64,000 nt of DNA from Eledone cirrhosa. Taxonomy: Eukaryota. The stretch covers positions 366,544,001 through 366,608,000 of the forward strand of contig OZ024742.1 in NCBI GenBank assembly GCA_964016885.1, written 5' to 3'. Positions 58,331 through 64,000 of this stretch are shown here, in pieces; position 1 is the stretch's first letter, and every line of letters begins with the position of its first letter. Made by a program: the position numbers and the translations under genes. The notes under the pieces were generated by a model, which saw only the letters and a program-made list of their open reading frames with translations, made no database searches and had not been told where the DNA came from.

Positions 58331-58908
58331 ATCTTTGAAAATAAAGTGAAGTGCATCGAAGAAACATTATTGCAATACTGGACATAAAGTTATCTACGAT
58401 TTAAATAAATATTAATACAAAACCGGGTGTCTGTATATAGAGATTGCTTTGATACCCGGCCTCGACATGGTTAGTGTCTAAGTTTAGCCTTTACTGACAG
58501 GCTACAGTTAGGGCACTTAGAGAGTAGAGGGGCACTGACTAGTACTTATAAAGACCCCTGAAATACTATGAGGAAGACATGATTATATGACATGAATGGC
58601 AACACAAAGTGTGGCAGCACCAATTACGGAAATATGACTGATTATAGAAACAGAATTTGATTTGTTCAGGAAAAAAAGATTCAATCCTGCTCCTTAGACA
58701 AATGTTCGGTGGAGATTACTGAGGACCATACGAGGTTACGACCACTGATCATCCTTAAGATATTTACAGGAAGTGACAATTTGTCACAGGATTATATTAA
58801 CAGGAAACACTACATATGTGATGCGGTTTATACTGATAGTAAACACCTTAAACCTCATATTTCGTAGATAAGATACCCAAAGGATGTATATATATATATA
58901 TACATATA

Positions 58909-59491
58909 TGGTGGCTGCCAACTCGTTTTCGAGTACGGCCACTACTTTATATCCATGTAGGAGAACCCCTACCGATGCGCTGAACGAGTGTAACTTTTCA
59001 GTCCAGCCAGCGACTTGAAAACTCTGGTACAAACACTACACTTGTGACAATTATTGACACATAGTGCTGGGTCCATGGTACCATGTGATGACATGTGCAG
59101 AGAGATTCCAGATATAAAGCAATGCATGTGCCGTGAAGCTTTTATAGTGAGCAAAGGCACTGCACAAAGCCAGTCCCACTCTCTTAACCAAGATGATATT
59201 TACCAAACAGAAGAACAAGTCAACATCATTGGATACCATCAGGGTTGCAGGTGTTATATCAGAGTTTTCCTTCTCCTAGAATTCTGCCTTGACAAAGGCT
59301 AAGGGGTCATCTCTCCCGGTGATTTTGGATGGCCATTGACTCTTAAGAGCTCCTTTGTCCTTTCACAGGTTTTGTTTTTAGTCAGGCAGGATGTCCAAAG
59401 TCACCCTCCTCACCAAGAAACCTTTGTGGGGTTGCCAGTTTAGTCGCCAACGGCCCGACCATGAGACAGGTTGTACTGGGATACATGTTAC
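58909..59491 (-). mobile_element. RTE derivative copy
   Basis: Collinear with 39529-40112. Confidence 0.88.
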
Positions 59492-59508
59492 ATGTATATA
59501 TATATACA

Positions 59509-60075
59509 TGGTGGCTGCCAACTCGTTTTCGAGTACGGCCACTACTTTATATCCATGTAGGAGAACCCATACCGATGCGCTGAACGAGTGTGACTTTTTA
59601 GTCCAGCCAGCGACTTGAAAACTCTGGTACAAACACTACACTTGTGACAATTATTGACACAGTGCTAGGCCCATGGTACCATGTGACGGCAAGTGCAGAG
59701 AGATCTCCAGATACAAAGCAATGCCTTTGCCGTGAAGCTTTTATAGTGAGCAAAGGCACTGCACAAAGCCAGTCCCACTCTCTTAACCAAGATGATATTT
59801 ACCAAAAAGAAGAACAAGTCAACATCATTGGATACCATCAGAGTTGCAGGTGTTATATCAGAGTTTTCCTTCTCCTAGAATTCTGCCTTGACAAAGGCTA
59901 TGGGATCATCTTTCCCGGTGATTTCGGATGGCCATTGACTCTTAAGAGCTCTTTTTCCCTTTGACAGGTTTTGTTTTTTGTCCTGCAGGATATCCAAAGT
60001 CACCCTCCTCACCAAGAAACTTTGTTGGGGTTGCCAGTTTAGTCGCCAACGACCCGACCATGAGACAGGTTGTAC
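59509..60075 (-). mobile_element. RTE derivative copy (tandem)
   Basis: Collinear with 39529-40096. Confidence 0.88.
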
Positions 60076-60159
60076 ATACATACATACATACATACATACA
60101 TACATACATACATACATACATACATACATAAATACATACATACATACATACATACATAT

Positions 60160-61217
60160 GGATAGTAACACTGAAGCAACATCTTCAACAGAGGAAAAAG
60201 GTTGGCAACCATCTTGCCCAGGTTTATGAGCATGAAAAAAAAATATCATTAGAATAGCGACTGATCTGGAGGAGAGATATGGAATAAAGCCTGATATAAA
60301 TCTCTCACCCAGAGAAATCGGAAGATCCTATTCAATGTTCAAACAAGATGAAAAAAATGACCAATTTACAGAAAAAGTTGTGCATGGATACTTGAGACGT
60401 AAAACACAGACTATAGAGGGGATAAACCACTCAAAAAGCCTAGCATGGAGTTCCGACAAGTTTATGACATCACACCTTGAGGGATATCTCTATGCAATAC
60501 AGGAACAAGAACTCCCTACCAAATATCTGCTGCACAAAAGGGGAGGGCCATCAGCTGAATTTAAATGTAGGCTATGTAAAACAAAGATCGAGGATGTAAG
60601 CCACATTGTTGCCAGCTGCGAAAGAATGTCATCTCGCTACTACCTCCATATGAGACACGAGGGGATAGCTAGAACTATCTGGAACGCACTTCAAAAAAAC
60701 AAAATTAAAAACAAACGAGAAGAATATGTTGAGACAGATGGCACTAAGGAATACTGGTGGAACCTGAAAATAAAAACTGCCACCAAATTAAAGCACAACC
60801 GACCTGATATCGTTGTTTGGGACCACACATTGAAAACGTGTTCTGTTGTGGAGATCAGCTGCCCACTTGATGTAAACGTTGTCAGAAAAATACAGGAGAA
60901 GGAGGACATCTACGGACCATTGATGAGGAGTTTACAAATCCAGTATCCAAGATACACCTTTAGCTTCATACTCATCATTATTGGAGCTACGGGTTATATA
61001 CCAACCTGCTTGGACCAAAGTATGACTGAACTAAGATTTGCGGACAAAGAGTGCAGCTCCCTAATTCATAGTCTACAAATGGCTGCGATAGCTGGCACCT
61101 TCAAAATTTGCAAAACATTCTTGCGATTCAAGGGATGACAATTTCTTTTCTTTTACAACCTTGCCACTGGGAAGGTGGCAGGGCAAAAATATACTCGAAA
61201 TTAAGAGAAAGAGATAA
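60160..61217 (+). mobile_element. 5'-truncated R4-like RLE LINE in (TACA)n, copy 1
   Basis: AIQEQEL, CRLC..HIVASC, RHE, RPDIVV..VEISCPLD..EKEDIY. Confidence 0.9.
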
Positions 61218-61257
61218 CATACATACATAATACATACATACATATATACATACATAT

Positions 61258-61288
<31 letters not shown>

Positions 61289-61293
61289 CATAC

Positions 61294-63256
61294 ACAGGAA
61301 AAAACAACAAAGAATCGCAGAAACATGACTGGTGTGGCTGGACTATCAAAAAGCATTTGATAGTGTACCTCATGGGTGGATTATTAAGGCTTTACAGTTA
61401 GCCAAAGTCCCACAACCATTGGTAGCTGCTGTTGAACGCCTGACCAAGAACTGGTATACCAATTTGATCCTTAGAGGTGAGAAGGAGCAAGTTAAGACTG
61501 ATAAGATACATTACCAGAAGGGCATCTTTCAGGATGATAGCTTGTCAGTGCTACTCTTCGTTCTCTCACTAAATCCACTATCTTACCTACTCAGGAAACA
61601 TGGTGGACAAAGAAGTGGTTCCAGAAGTATCTCCCATCTTTTCTTTGTTGATGACCTGAAGTTGTATGGGCCAAATATCAATGACATCAAGAAACAATTG
61701 GACCTCATTACACAATTTTCAACAGACATCAAAATGAAATTTGGTGAGTCCAAGTGTGCATATTTGGCAGTAAAACGTGGAAGAGCTGTGCCCTCCTCTA
61801 GAAATCTAGAGATGAACGGCCTGACAATACAACCTCTACAGTCAGGTGACAACTACAGATATCTTGGACAGGATGAGAATGTCAGATATGATGGACCCAT
61901 AAATAAGGAGAGAACCAGAACTGAATACCTCAGAAGAGTAAAGAAAATATGGTCATCAGAACTGTCAGGGTACAACAAATACATTGCCCACAATACTTAT
62001 GCTGTGCCAATTCTAACGCCAACATTTTGCCTGCTGAACTGGTCATTGCAAGAACTAAGTGAGATGGATGTTAGAACTCGCAAACTTCTCAGTGTTACTG
62101 GGAACTTTAATATCAATGGTGATGTGGATAGGCTATACTTCTCACGCAAGGAAGGTGGCCGGGGTCTAAAATCCATTTTAACAACATATGAGACCCGGAT
62201 AGTAACACTGAAGCAACACCTTCAACAGAGGAAAAAGGTTGGCAACCATCTTGCCCAGGTTTATGAGCATGAAAAAAAAATATCATTAGAATAGCGACTG
62301 ATCTGGAGGAGAGATATGGAATAAAGCCTGATATAAATCTCTCACCCAGAGAAATCGGAAGATCCTATTCAATGTTCAAACAAGATGAAAAAATTGACCA
62401 ATTTACAGAAAAAGTTGTGCATGGATACTTGAGACGTAAAACACAGACCATAGAGGGGATAAACCACTCAAAAAGCTTGGCATGGAGTTCCGACAAGTTT
62501 ATGACATCATACCTTGAGGAATATCTCTGTGCAATACAGGAACAAGAACTCCCTACCAAATATCTGCTGCACAAAAGGGGAGGGCCATCAGCTGACAATA
62601 AATGTAGGCTATGTAAAACAAAGATCGAGGATGTAAGCCACATTGTTGCCAGCTGCGAAAGAATGTCATCTCGCTACTACCTCCCCATGAGACACGAGGG
62701 GATAGCTAGAACCATCTGGAACGCACTTCAAAAAACAAAATTAACAACAAACGAGGAGGAATATATTGAGACAGATGGCACTAAGGAATACTGGTGGAAC
62801 CTGAAAATAAAAACTGCCACCAAATTAAAGCACAACCGACCTGATATCGTTGTTTGGGACCACACATTGAAAACGTGTTCTGTTGTGGAGATCAGCTGCC
62901 CACTTGATGTAAACGTTGTCAGAAAAATACAGGAGAAGGAAGACATCTACGGACCATTGATGAGGAGTTTACAAATCCAGTATCCAAGATACACCTTTAG
63001 CTTCATACCCATCATTATTGGAGCTACGGGTTATATACCAACCTGCTTGGACCAAAGTATGACTGAACTAAGATTTGCGGACAAAGCGCGCAGCTCCCTA
63101 ATTCATAGTCTACAAATGGCTGCGATAGCTGGCACCTTCAAGATTTGCAAAACATTCTTGCGATTCAAGGGATGACAATTTCTTTTCCTTTACAACCTTG
63201 CCACCAGGAAGGTGGCCGGTCAAAAAAATATACTCGAAATTAAGAGAAAGAGATAA
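61294..63256 (+). mobile_element. 5'-truncated R4-like RLE LINE in (TACA)n, copy 2 (RT + endonuclease)
   Basis: WLDYQKAFDSVPH, GIFQDDSLS, FVDDLKLY, YRYLG, RLYFSRKEGGRGL; A9 frameshift; endonuclease ORF 62372-63175. Confidence 0.93.
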
Positions 63257-63556
63257 CATACATACATAATACAAACATACGTGCATATATACGTACATAC
63301 ATAATACATACATGCATACATACATACACATACATATATAAATACTTACATACATACATACATACATACATACACATACAAATATAAATATATACATACA
63401 TACAAGCATATATACATATATATATACATATATACATACAAACATACGTACATACATACTTACATACATAAATACATACTTACATACAAACATACATACA
63501 TACATATATACATACATACATATATACATACATACATACATACATGCATACATATA

Positions 63557-64000
63557 TGGTGGCTGCCAACTCGTTTTCGAGTACGGCCACTACATTATAT
63601 CCATGTAGGAGAACCCCTACAGATGCGCTGAACGAGTGTGACTTTTTAGTCCAGCCAGCGACTTGAAAACTCTGGTACAAACACTACACTTGTGACAATT
63701 ATTGACACATAGTGCTGGGCCCATGGTACCATGTGACGACAAGTGCAGAGAGATCTCCAGATATAAAGAAATGCCTGTGCCGTGAAGCTTTTATAGTGAG
63801 CAATGGCACTGCACAAAGCCAGTCCCACTCTCTTAACCAAGATGATATTTACCAAAAAGAAGAACAAGTCAACATCATTGGATACCATCAGAGTTGCAGG
63901 TGTTATATCAGAGTTTTCCTTCTCCTAGAATTCTGCCTTGACAAAGGCTAAAGGGTCATCTCTCCTGGTGATATTGGATGGCCATTAACTCTTAAGAGCC
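63557..64000 (-). mobile_element. RTE derivative copy (runs off the window)
   Basis: Collinear with 39529-39970. Confidence 0.88.

Overview
Repeat-dense, AT-rich metazoan (eukaryotic) DNA. The SINE types and the extreme (TA)n/(CA)n/(GA)n load suggest an octopod cephalopod, which is an inference. No intact host gene can be shown, only weak minus-strand exon candidates (~17.7 kb, ~42-42.8 kb). Almost all long ORFs in the track are translations of micro- or minisatellites. Mobile elements present: two decayed GIY-YIG Penelope-like elements (PLEs); R4/Dong-clade RLE LINEs sitting in (TAA)n and (TACA)n; CR1, RTE and CRE-like fragments; a ~610-bp non-autonomous RTE derivative (5 copies); a non-coding LTR element with a tRNA-Trp-like PBS; a TTAA-flanked palindromic MITE; a non-autonomous Helitron end; and tRNA-derived SINEs. 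There are also four large minisatellites (55, 24, 27 and 15/18 bp units). The most interesting signal is about 10 minimal type-I hammerhead ribozyme cores (CTGANGA...GAAA...TH) in tiny non-coding, TA-embedded PLE-terminus inserts. Their stem II varies freely yet usually still pairs. Several related inserts are fold-back palindromes whose apex sits at the predicted cleavage site or stem II. All structures were read by eye and none were computed.
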